In this document: positions 15,922-24,199 of the stretch, piece by piece
How the letters are laid out: every line of letters begins with the position of its first letter
Numbering within the stretch: the stretch's first letter is position 1
From: Muribaculaceae bacterium
Lineage (GTDB): Bacteria > Bacteroidota > Bacteroidia > Bacteroidales > Muribaculaceae
Direction: 5' to 3'
NCBI GenBank assembly: GCA_017964485.1
Contig: JAGCRW010000039.1
Coordinates: 1,365 to 65,364, forward strand
DNA: 64,000 nt
Program-made: the position numbers and the translations under genes
The notes under the pieces: model-generated
The model's database searches: none
What the model was told of the DNA's origin: nothing
What the model saw: only the letters and a program-made list of their open reading frames with translations

Positions 15922-17613
15922 TCAAAGTTTTGTTTCTACTATTGCAGTGATGTCGGCTTCCTCGGCATTGGCTTTTGCTATGAGGTCGTTAGCCTCGGAG
16001 ATGAGGGCATCGGCAACGGCGCGGTCTTTGAGAGAGCCAGCGTTGATTTTTACGTTCATACCTGCGCCGAGTACTGCGGCACGGGCTGCGAGCACACCGA
16101 CTCCAGCGTCGCTAACGCTGTTGGGGTTGCCCTCCATTACCATGGCGCGGCACAACTCAAACACCTTCATCGACTCTTTCATGGTGCGCAAGGGAACTTG
16201 TGCAGCATAGAGGGTTGCTTCTTGGATAGCGGCACTGCGGGTTGCCTTGTCCTCATCAGTCTTCTTGGGCATGCCAAAGGCTGCCATGATGCGGTTGAAG
16301 GCCTCAGTGTCCTCATCAACGAGATGGAGCAACTCTTTTGAGATAGCCTGACCCTTGTCGGCCCAAACGCTAAACTCGTTCCAACGGTCGTCCCATCCGG
16401 GTTTGTGGCTTGACAGGTTGGCAACCATAGTGCCGAGAGCGGCTCCCAGAGCGCCCATGTAGGCAGAGATTGTGCCACCGCCAGGGGCTGGTGACTCGCG
16501 CGAGGTCTCCTCGGCAAAACCAGTCACAGTGAGGTCAACGAGTTTCTTTGCGCTATCGTCCTCAATCATGAACTCGATAACTTTCTCCTTAGGGTCGAAA
16601 GGCTTGAGGTCGTCAAGTCCGAGCGAGTGGATGGCAATCTCAATAATGTCTCCCTCAGGGATACCAGTAGAGCGATGCTGCTTCTCAAGGAAGTATTTGC
16701 CAGCGTCGATAAGGCAACGCTTGGGCAGCAGGCCCACAATCTCGGTACCAGTTACACGGATGCCGCGGTTTTGAGCGCAGCGGCACACTTCATCAAACGC
16801 CACATGCAATGGTGTGGTGTTGATATCGGTGATATTCATCGATACCTGTGCAATCTTATATTCGTCAATATACCAGCCAATTGCCTTTGTACCCTTAAGG
16901 GTGCCAGGCTGCATGATGGTGTTGCCGTTCTCATCCTTCTTGGGAGTTCCGGTAATGGGATTGCCTTCACGCACAGGACGGCCCTTCTCGCGCACGTCAA
17001 AAGCGATGGCGTTTGCGCGGCGGGTGCTGGTTGTGTTGAGGTTGAAATTTGTAGCGATAAGGAAATCGCGGGCACCAACTGCGGTGCAGCCTGTTTTAGC
17101 CACTTGTTCGTCGAGTGGACGTGCGCCAAAGTCGGGAGCGCCATCTTTGCTAGCCAATTTCTCGGCAAGCGCCTCATACTCGCCCTTACGGCACACTGCC
17201 AAGTTGCGACGCTCGGGAGTGAACGCTGCCGCCTCATAGCAGTAGCAAGGGATGCCTGCCTCGTTGGCGATGCGCTCGGCAAGCTTACGAGCCAGCTCAG
17301 CACACTCCTCAAGGGTAATGCCAGCGATAGGGATTAGCGGACACACATCGGTGGCACCCATACGTGGGTGAGCGCCGTGATGCTGGCGCATGTCGATGAG
17401 TTCGCCTGCGCGTTTCACTGCGTGGAAGGCTGTCTCTACCACTGCCTCAGGGCTTCCCACGAAGGTCACCACTGTGCGGTTAGTTGCCTCGCCTGGATCC
17501 ACGTCGAGCAGTTTCACGCCTTTAGACTGGCGAATTACATCAGTAATCTGGTTAATAACATCCATGTTGCGGCCCTCGCTAAAGTTGGGCACACATTCAA
17601 TAAGTCGGTTCAT
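15922..17613 (-). CDS. ftcD: Bifunctional glutamate formimidoyltransferase / formimidoyltetrahydrofolate cyclodeaminase
   Basis: N-terminus MNRLIECVPNFSEGRN (formiminotransferase). C-terminal cyclodeaminase half (SPAPGGGTISAYMGALGAALGTMVANLS). Confidence 0.9.
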   Translation of the reverse strand: MNRLIECVPNFSEGRNMDVINQITDVIRQSKGVKLLDVDPGEATNRTVVTFVGSPEAVVETAFHAVKRAGELIDMRQHHGAHPRMGATDVCPLIPIAGITLEECAELARKLAERIANEAGIPCYCYEAAAFTPERRNLAVCRKGEYEALAEKLASKDGAPDFGARPLDEQVAKTGCTAVGARDFLIATNFNLNTTSTRRANAIAFDVREKGRPVREGNPITGTPKKDENGNTIMQPGTLKGTKAIGWYIDEYKIAQVSMNITDINTTPLHVAFDEVCRCAQNRGIRVTGTEIVGLLPKRCLIDAGKYFLEKQHRSTGIPEGDIIEIAIHSLGLDDLKPFDPKEKVIEFMIEDDSAKKLVDLTVTGFAEETSRESPAPGGGTISAYMGALGAALGTMVANLSSHKPGWDDRWNEFSVWADKGQAISKELLHLVDEDTEAFNRIMAAFGMPKKTDEDKATRSAAIQEATLYAAQVPLRTMKESMKVFELCRAMVMEGNPNSVSDAGVGVLAARAAVLGAGMNVKINAGSLKDRAVADALISEANDLIAKANAEEADITAIVETKL

Positions 17614-17726
17614 GCTGTTTTATAGTTTTAGTAAAAGTTGAGTAGTAAAATTTAAGTGTAGAAAGAGTATTATGCATTTTCTAGGCGCAGCCTAATTATG
17701 CATTGTGCATTAAGCATTATGCATTT

Positions 17727-18605
17727 TTAATAGGCTCTTCCCGTTGCTGCCAGCAGGGTGTTGTGCATGAGCGAAACGATGGTCATGGGGCCTACGCCAC
17801 CAGGCACAGGAGTGATATAGCTGCACTTGGGGGCCACGTGCTCGAAATCAACGTCGCCGCACAGGCGCCAGCCGCGCTCACGGGTTTTGTCCTCGACACG
17901 AGTAGTGCCCACGTCAATTACCACAGCACCCTCTTTCACCATGTCTTCTTTCACGAAGTTAGGGCTACCGAGAGCGGCAATAATGATGTCGGCCTGGAGG
18001 CACATCTCCTTGATGTTGGGAGTGGCGCTATGACACACAGTCACGGTGCAGTTGCCTGGGTTGGCCTTCTGCATAAGCATGTTGGCGATGGGTTTGCCTA
18101 CAATGTTACTACGACCAAGCACCACGCAGTGCTTGCCACGAGTCTCGATGCCGTAACGCTCGAGCAGCATCATAATTCCCGATGGTGTGGCAGGTTTGAA
18201 ACAAGGCAGACCAATCATCATTCGGCCCACATTCACAGGATGGAAGCCGTCAACGTCCTTGCGATAGTCAATGGCCTCGATCACTGCCTCTTCGTCAATG
18301 TGCTTGGGCAATGGCAGTTGCACGATAAAACCGTCAACGCCTTTATCTTCATTCAGCTCTTGTATTTTTGCAATGAGTTCTTCTTGAGTGACAGTCTCTT
18401 CCATGCGGATAAGCGATGAGTCAAAGCCGCACTGCTCGCATGCTTTAGTCTTCGATGCCATATAACTCTCACTGCCACCGTCATGACCCACCAGCACGCC
18501 AACCAAATTGGGACGGCGACCGCCAGCAGCCACTATCTCTTTAACTTCGGCAGCAATCTCCTCTTTGATTTCAGCCGATATCTTTTTTCCGTCTATTATC
18601 TGCAT
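17727..18605 (-). CDS. folD: Bifunctional methylenetetrahydrofolate dehydrogenase / methenyltetrahydrofolate cyclohydrolase
   Basis: 292 aa. [18 protein letters not shown] start, [34 protein letters not shown]. Confidence 0.95.
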   Translation of the reverse strand: MQIIDGKKISAEIKEEIAAEVKEIVAAGGRRPNLVGVLVGHDGGSESYMASKTKACEQCGFDSSLIRMEETVTQEELIAKIQELNEDKGVDGFIVQLPLPKHIDEEAVIEAIDYRKDVDGFHPVNVGRMMIGLPCFKPATPSGIMMLLERYGIETRGKHCVVLGRSNIVGKPIANMLMQKANPGNCTVTVCHSATPNIKEMCLQADIIIAALGSPNFVKEDMVKEGAVVIDVGTTRVEDKTRERGWRLCGDVDFEHVAPKCSYITPVPGGVGPMTIVSLMHNTLLAATGRAY

Positions 18606-18636
18606 ATAGTAGTAATATTATTTTCTAAAAGCGCTG

Positions 18637-18644
18637 CAAAATTA
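18637..18644 (-). promoter_or_regulatory. -7 promoter box TAATTTTG (minus) upstream of folD
   Basis: Plus-strand caaaatta, 32 nt upstream of the folD ATG (18605). Confidence 0.45.
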
Positions 18645-18740
18645 CGCAAAATTCATATAATATCTATAAACTAATCATACTTTTAACGCATTTTTAAGGT
18701 TATGCGCTATTCGCCAATTTGTATAACTTTTGCTTCATTT

Positions 18741-19208
18741 TTAATCTTCTAACTCGCAGGTAGCGAAGCCCATTTCTTGGGCTTTTTCGGGGGAGACGAG
18801 GAAGTAAGTGACTTCGGCCTCGGTGCAAAGTTCACCTGCACTGTTGGTTACCTGGGCATGCATCGTGAGGAGGTTGCGCACTTGCTTAACGATGTGGGCG
18901 CGGATGATAAGTTGTGTGTCATTGCTGGAAATGGGCCGGCGAAAACGCACGTTAAGATTGGCGGTGAATCCGCATGTCTGCATCTTGCGTGTCACCACCC
19001 ATCCGCATGTCTCGTCGATAAGGGTGCTGAGTATGCCTCCATGCATGGTATCGACCCAACCTTGATAGTGCTTCGACGGGTTCCAGAAACTCACGATGTC
19101 GTCGCCGTCTTCCCAAAACTCCATGTGCAGCCCAATAGGGTTGCTAGGTGAGCATCCAAAGCAGTTATACTCTGGTCTGCCCACCCACGGACTTTTTATT
19201 TTCTTCAT
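18741..19208 (-). CDS. PaaI-family hotdog-fold thioesterase
   Basis: CFGCSPSNPIGLHMEF and HGGILSTLIDETCGW are typical of PaaI/4HBT-type thioesterases. Confidence 0.75.
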   Translation of the reverse strand: MKKIKSPWVGRPEYNCFGCSPSNPIGLHMEFWEDGDDIVSFWNPSKHYQGWVDTMHGGILSTLIDETCGWVVTRKMQTCGFTANLNVRFRRPISSNDTQLIIRAHIVKQVRNLLTMHAQVTNSAGELCTEAEVTYFLVSPEKAQEMGFATCELED

Positions 19209-19300
19209 AGTTGTTTAAATGCCAATTGCGATTGTTTACTCTCCCTCATCGGCGGACGAGTCAGACCTTGCCCCTCATCACATCGGGAGAGATTGTCACA

Positions 19301-20920
19301 TTACTTATACAAGAACCTCTTGATGCTCATCTTTGGAGTTTTCTCAAAGGGCTCATCGAGCATCTCCACTTGGGAGATCTTGCTGTAGGCAGGGAGGGAT
19401 TGGTTAGCCTCGTCGCGGATTTGAGATGGTAATGCAGCCTTTGTCTCATCATCCATGTCTTTAGGCAGGTCGGTATATACGAGCGCCACAATTTTGCCCT
19501 TACGGTCAACGACAACACATTCATCAACATACTGGCAGTTGTTCAACACCGCTTCCACCTCTTCGGGATAGATGTTCTGCCCCGAGGAGTTGAGAATCAT
19601 AGACTTGATGCGACCACGAATGAAGATATTGTCGTTTTTGTCCATAATACCGAGGTCGCCAGTGCGGAACCATCCGTCATCGGTGAATGATGCCGCAGTC
19701 GCTTCGGGATTCTTGTAGTAGCCTATGGTGAGATTTGCGCCGCGCGCCTGAATTTCGCCAGCCTTGTGTTGTGGATCGTCGGAATCGATGCGCACCTCAT
19801 GCACTGGCTTGCCGCATGAGCCTGGCACAAATTCTTTCCACCAAGCATAGCCCAAGAGCGGACATGCCTCGGTCATTCCGTAACCCACGGTAAACGGCAA
19901 CTTCATCTTCTTAAAGCACTTCTCGGCCTCGGGATTCAGTGCCGCGCCTCCCATGATGAAGCATTGCACCTGTCCGCCGAAGACCTTCATTATTGTTCTG
20001 CGAGCAGCGCTGTAAACCACTCGTTTCATGCCTGGGATGCGTAATAGATTTTTCCTTTTCTCCAATGCGGGCTTTATGGAATTAGCATAAATTTTCTCCA
20101 TTACCAGTGGCACAGTGATTACCATATATGGTCTCACTTCCTGCATCGCTTTTAGCAAGGTTGTGGGCGATGGTGTCTTGCCCAAGAAATAGACGGTGAC
20201 GCCATCCACGTTGGGATGGATGAACTCGATTGCCAGACCATACATGTGCGCCATTGGCAGCATCGACACTATAGTCTCACCTGGCGTGTTGGGGAAATGA
20301 GCGTTGGCAAACTCGTCGGTGTCGCTCATGGCGCCGTAGGTAAGCATCACGCCTTTGGGGTTGCCCGTAGTGCCCGACGTGTAGTTGATGATTGCGAGGT
20401 CATAGAAGTTGTCGCCGGGATAAGTCACATCTCCTGGCATCATGCCACTAGGATATTTTTTTGCAAACTCCTCTTCGCGCTTCTCCCACGCCTTGGCCAC
20501 CGCATCGTCGCTGTGCCACAACAGGCTGTTGTCCTTCACGTTGATAGCAGCCTTGAGGTTAGGCATATCATCGGGGTTCATTTTTGCCCAGATATCATCG
20601 TTGGTGAAGAGCAACACACTATCTGAGTGGTTGGTAAGTTTTGAGACGCTGTCGGGGTGGAAGTCGGCAAGGATTGGCACCACAACACACTCGTTCACGT
20701 TGACGCCCCAGAATGCCATCGCCCAACGGGCTGAATTACGGGCGCAGATGGCGATTTTGTCGCCTTTCTTGATGCCTGTAGCGGCATAAAAGAGCCGCAT
20801 CTGCTCAACATGAGTGGCAAGGTCGCCGTAGGTGAATGACTCGCCTCCGTAGTCACAGAGAGCTTTTAAGTTCCAATTATTGCGGACAGTGTCCTCTAAT
20901 GTCTTCAGATAGTGCTTCAT
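19301..20920 (-). CDS. AMP-dependent synthetase / long-chain-fatty-acid--CoA ligase
   Basis: AMP-binding box YTSGTTGNPKGVMLTY. GYGMTE. C-terminal TGDLG...GRIKS region. Confidence 0.85.
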   Translation of the reverse strand: MKHYLKTLEDTVRNNWNLKALCDYGGESFTYGDLATHVEQMRLFYAATGIKKGDKIAICARNSARWAMAFWGVNVNECVVVPILADFHPDSVSKLTNHSDSVLLFTNDDIWAKMNPDDMPNLKAAINVKDNSLLWHSDDAVAKAWEKREEEFAKKYPSGMMPGDVTYPGDNFYDLAIINYTSGTTGNPKGVMLTYGAMSDTDEFANAHFPNTPGETIVSMLPMAHMYGLAIEFIHPNVDGVTVYFLGKTPSPTTLLKAMQEVRPYMVITVPLVMEKIYANSIKPALEKRKNLLRIPGMKRVVYSAARRTIMKVFGGQVQCFIMGGAALNPEAEKCFKKMKLPFTVGYGMTEACPLLGYAWWKEFVPGSCGKPVHEVRIDSDDPQHKAGEIQARGANLTIGYYKNPEATAASFTDDGWFRTGDLGIMDKNDNIFIRGRIKSMILNSSGQNIYPEEVEAVLNNCQYVDECVVVDRKGKIVALVYTDLPKDMDDETKAALPSQIRDEANQSLPAYSKISQVEMLDEPFEKTPKMSIKRFLYK

Positions 20921-21253
20921 CGATATATTGTTTTTGTTATGTTGACAGTAAGTTGAGGTATTGAGGTAAATATAATCTCACAAAGATACAACTTTTTTTT
21001 TAATCATCTACTATCATTGATGATTCTTTTGAGTTTTATTGGTAGTCCACTTTTTATATAAGAGGCTCTTAAGCTTTCTTCTTTGTGGTTGGCATATAAC
21101 TGTATATTAATTCATTAGATTATATTTTTTCACTTTTTCAACTGACTCTTTCAAGGGGCTCTATGTGTAATTTCCTCCTGGTGGCAGTGAAGCACACAAG
21201 TGGTTTTTATGTGAAAAAATATGTATTTTGGCTGTTGTCTCAACTTTTTTCAC

Positions 21254-21261
21254 TAAGTTTG
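21254..21261 (+). promoter_or_regulatory. -7 promoter box TAAGTTTG upstream of lepB
   Basis: Exact TAnnTTTG match 25 nt upstream of the ATG at 21286. Confidence 0.5.
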
Positions 21262-21285
21262 CACTCTATTTTGACAAGACACGTT

Positions 21286-22806
21286 ATGAGTATTTTTAAA
21301 AAGAAAGATGCCTCTAATCAAGGCACAAAGAATAATAAAGAGAAGGAAACTGAGGAGAAAGTACGCCAAACTGGCTCACTAAAAGAACGTTTGAGTCGCG
21401 TGAAGACGACACGCTGGATACGCTTCGGCATCGTAAGCGTTATCTTCTTTGCGTGGGTAGCATGGCTTGGCAACTGGTGGGTGGCACTATTCTGGTTCCT
21501 GCTCGCCGACATCTACTTGACTCAATTTATTCCATGGAACTGGTGGAAGTACAGCAAGAATTCTTTAGTGCGCACAGTAATGAGCTGGGTCGATGCCATC
21601 GTCTATGCCCTCATCCTGGTGTATTTCCTCTTTGCATTTGTGGGCCAGAACTACCAGATTCCGTCGTCATCGCTCGAGAAAACTCTGCTCACTGGCGACT
21701 TCCTGTGGGTGAACAAGATGGTTTATGGACCGCGCGTGCCCATGACACCGCTTCACTTCCCATTGGCTCAGAACGAGCTATTTGGGAAGAAGAGTTATAT
21801 TGAGAATCCACAGTTAGCTTATCACCGCCTTAAAGGTTTCCGCAACGTGGAACGCGGCGACATCGTGGTATTCAACTTCCCCGCTGGCGACACCGTGGTG
21901 GTGGGACAAACCAATCCTGACTATTACACACAAGTGATGGAGTGTGGTGCCGGTATTTTGCATCCTTCGGCTAGTGATTTTAAGGACGATCCAACCATGT
22001 ATGACAAAGTGATGCAGGCAGGACGTGATTACATTCACAACCAGTGCAAGTTGATCTACCACCCCGTTGACCGTCGCGACAACTATGTGAAGCGTTGCGT
22101 GGGTCTGCCAGGCGAGAAAATCTCGGTTAAAAACGGCGTGGTGCATATCAACGGCAAAGCCATCAGTGAGCCTAAAAATGTGCAGTACAACTATGAAGTG
22201 AGCTTAAAAGGCAACTTCGTTGACGATAACTATTTGATTGAAGAGTTAGGTGTGGCGGTTGATGACATCCATATGGAGAACGGCATTTTACACAACCTCC
22301 CTCTCACCTATGAGATGAAATCAAAACTCGAGGGATGCTCTTGGGTAAGCGCCATCAAGCCTTCAGAATTTGATGAGGGAGAGAGTATATACATCTACCC
22401 TGTGGGGCGTGACTATGGCTGGACTCGCAGCAACTTTGCTATTAATATCGGCGGTCTGTGGATTCCCAAGAAGGGAATGTCGGTCGACCTCACCAAGAAG
22501 ATGAATCAGGAAATCTATGGTCGCTGCATCCGCGACTACGAGAAGGTGGACCTCACCATCAAGGACGGCAAGCCCTACATCGACGGCAAGCCAGCCACAA
22601 ACTACACCTTCAAGATGGACTACTACTGGATGATGGGCGACAACCGCGATAACTCCCTCGATTCGCGTTTCTGGGGTTTCGTGCCCGAGGACCACATCGT
22701 GGGAACACCAATGTTTGTCATCGTCTCGTTCGACAAGGATAAGGGCTGGTTCGACGGCAAAATCCGTTGGAGCCGCATCTTTACCGACGCAAATCCTGAT
22801 AAATAA
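21286..22806 (+). CDS. lepB: Signal peptidase I (long Bacteroidetes form)
   Basis: Ser box SSSLEKTLLTGDFLWVNK, Lys box YVKRCVGLPGE, GDNRDNSLDSRFWGFVPEDHIVG. Start at MSIFKKK, because the tracked extension from 21163 contains the promoter box. Confidence 0.85.
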   Translation: MSIFKKKDASNQGTKNNKEKETEEKVRQTGSLKERLSRVKTTRWIRFGIVSVIFFAWVAWLGNWWVALFWFLLADIYLTQFIPWNWWKYSKNSLVRTVMSWVDAIVYALILVYFLFAFVGQNYQIPSSSLEKTLLTGDFLWVNKMVYGPRVPMTPLHFPLAQNELFGKKSYIENPQLAYHRLKGFRNVERGDIVVFNFPAGDTVVVGQTNPDYYTQVMECGAGILHPSASDFKDDPTMYDKVMQAGRDYIHNQCKLIYHPVDRRDNYVKRCVGLPGEKISVKNGVVHINGKAISEPKNVQYNYEVSLKGNFVDDNYLIEELGVAVDDIHMENGILHNLPLTYEMKSKLEGCSWVSAIKPSEFDEGESIYIYPVGRDYGWTRSNFAINIGGLWIPKKGMSVDLTKKMNQEIYGRCIRDYEKVDLTIKDGKPYIDGKPATNYTFKMDYYWMMGDNRDNSLDSRFWGFVPEDHIVGTPMFVIVSFDKDKGWFDGKIRWSRIFTDANPDK

Positions 22807-22897
22807 GCTCGCTGCGCTCACCGAGTAAGGGGTAATGATGCTTTTGCACTTTGTCCTTTGCACTTAAAACTTAAAACTTAACACTTATCACTTTATT

Positions 22898-23536
22898 ATG
22901 CTTATTGGCAGCATGTGTGCGGGCGATGTGCGGTGCTATGCCGCCATGGTCAAAGCTGGCGAGGTGGTGATTGATGCCACCGAGCGCCACCTGCCACTGC
23001 GCCACAGCCACCACCGCTACGTCATTGACGCCCCTAACGGTCCCGTAAAACTCACTGTGCCGCTAGTGGGAAGCACCAATGCCATGCCTGTTATGATGCG
23101 CGACGTGCTAGTGAGCGAACACGGCAACTGGCGGCACCTGCACTGGGGAGCACTGTTCTCTTCCTACGGCAAAAGCCCATTCTTCGACTTCATTGCCGAC
23201 GACCTGCATCATATTATAATAGAAGGCACTCAGCAGCGCCTTCTCGACTTCAATATGGAGTTGCACCAGCTAATTGTTGACTTTATGGACCTGCCCATTA
23301 CAACCCATGTGGTGAGTGATGAGGACGAAATCGCTGATCTGGCAGCCCGTGACGCACTTGACCTGCGAGGCAAGATTGGCGGAAAGCGCGCCGACACGCT
23401 GCCCATTGAAGACGTACCTTACTACCAGATGTGGGCCAACCGTCGCGATACTTTTCATCCACGATTGAGCATCCTCGACCTGCTTATGAATGAAGGTCGA
23501 GAAGGCATATTTACACTACTGAAAATGATGAAATAG
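22898..23536 (+). CDS. WbqC-family protein
   Basis: Pattern ...YAAMVKAGEVVIDATERH...HRYVIDAPNGPVKLTVPL resembles WbqC-like proteins. The position downstream of lepB matches what I recall from other Bacteroidales. Confidence 0.5.
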   Translation: MLIGSMCAGDVRCYAAMVKAGEVVIDATERHLPLRHSHHRYVIDAPNGPVKLTVPLVGSTNAMPVMMRDVLVSEHGNWRHLHWGALFSSYGKSPFFDFIADDLHHIIIEGTQQRLLDFNMELHQLIVDFMDLPITTHVVSDEDEIADLAARDALDLRGKIGGKRADTLPIEDVPYYQMWANRRDTFHPRLSILDLLMNEGREGIFTLLKMMK

Positions 23537-23624
23537 CCCGTGAATTCATAAAAAACGTTAAAGCACGGCAATCTTTGTCATATAAAAATTGTGATATTAC
23601 CCAAAATGACTATCTTTGCACCGT

Positions 23625-23690
23625 GTTTTTCATGGTATTAGATTTAAGGTTAATTAAGATTGGTTGTCGTGAGACAATCAATTTTTTTGT
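23625..23690 (+). ncRNA. Candidate small RNA (promoter box + intrinsic terminator, no ORF)
   Basis: TATCTTTG -7 box at 23611-23618. About 40 nt later there is a 10-bp hairpin (attggttgtc gtga gacaatcaat, one G-U pair) followed by TTTTTTT (23659-23689). The ends are estimates. Confidence 0.3.
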
Positions 23691-23821
23691 GCCTATAGGA
23701 GTTATGCCGCTTAGCTGGTTTTGTATGAGTATTTTGCTGCAAAAACCATCACTATAACGCCACTAAAACGAGAAAAATACAAAAAAACGCCAAACGTCTT
23801 GGTGATTTCAAGATTTTGACG

Positions 23822-23829
23822 TAACTTTG
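23822..23829 (+). promoter_or_regulatory. -7 promoter box TAACTTTG upstream of the tRNA
   Basis: Exact TAnnTTTG match 31 nt upstream of tRNA position 1. Confidence 0.5.
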
Positions 23830-23859
23830 CAGTCGCTTTTCGACTCAAGGGTCGTGAGC

Positions 23860-23933
23860 GGTCCCATAGCTCAGTTGGTTAGAGCACCTGACTCATAATC
23901 AGGGAGTCCTTGGTTCAAGCCCAAGTGGGACCA
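23860..23933 (+). tRNA. tRNA with CAU anticodon (elongator Met or lysidine-modified Ile2; not an initiator)
   Basis: 74 nt with a clean cloverleaf: acceptor GGTCCCA/TGGGACC, D arm GCTC-AGTTGGTTA-GAGC, anticodon arm CCTGA-CTCATAA-TCAGG, T arm CTTGG-TTCAAGC-CCAAG, discriminator A. Pair 1:72 is G-C, so it is not tRNA-fMet. CCA is not fully encoded. Confidence 0.9.
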
Positions 23934-24113
23934 CCGTTAATCGCTAACTATCAACAAGTTGGCGATTTTTTATTTTTATATACTTGATACAAAAATAGAA
24001 AACATGCGCAAGTCGCGATCAATCGCACCATTATGCCATATGTGAAGTGAGTGATTTATAAAAAGAACAGATTTTTTTCCAATAGAATTGTTTAAATATT
24101 CATTATAAACCAC

Positions 24114-24121
24114 TATCTTTG
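24114..24121 (+). promoter_or_regulatory. -7 promoter box TATCTTTG upstream of the LRR-dockerin gene
   Basis: Exact TAnnTTTG match 79 nt upstream of the ATG at 24200. Confidence 0.45.
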
Positions 24122-24199
24122 CATCTTGATAAGTATAATTCTTGAATCTTAGGTCAAATGCCAATTATAATTGAGATATAAATTAAAAACTATATAACT

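Noticed and set aside
14595-15950. 451-aa ORF on the plus strand, antisense to hutU (similar cases: 16627-17337 and 17703-18419 opposite ftcD and folD; 39072-39737 and 39758-40564 opposite hutH and hutI)
   Set aside because: Each lies entirely inside a strongly supported gene on the other strand. The products are His/Val/Ala/Arg-rich with no motif I recognise and no promoter box. These are typical shadow ORFs of GC-rich third-position coding regions.
23575-23757. 60-aa plus-strand ORF between the WbqC-like gene and the tRNA
   Set aside because: It starts upstream of the promoter box, reads through a strong intrinsic terminator and has an implausible sequence. The region is better explained as an sRNA candidate plus a tRNA promoter.
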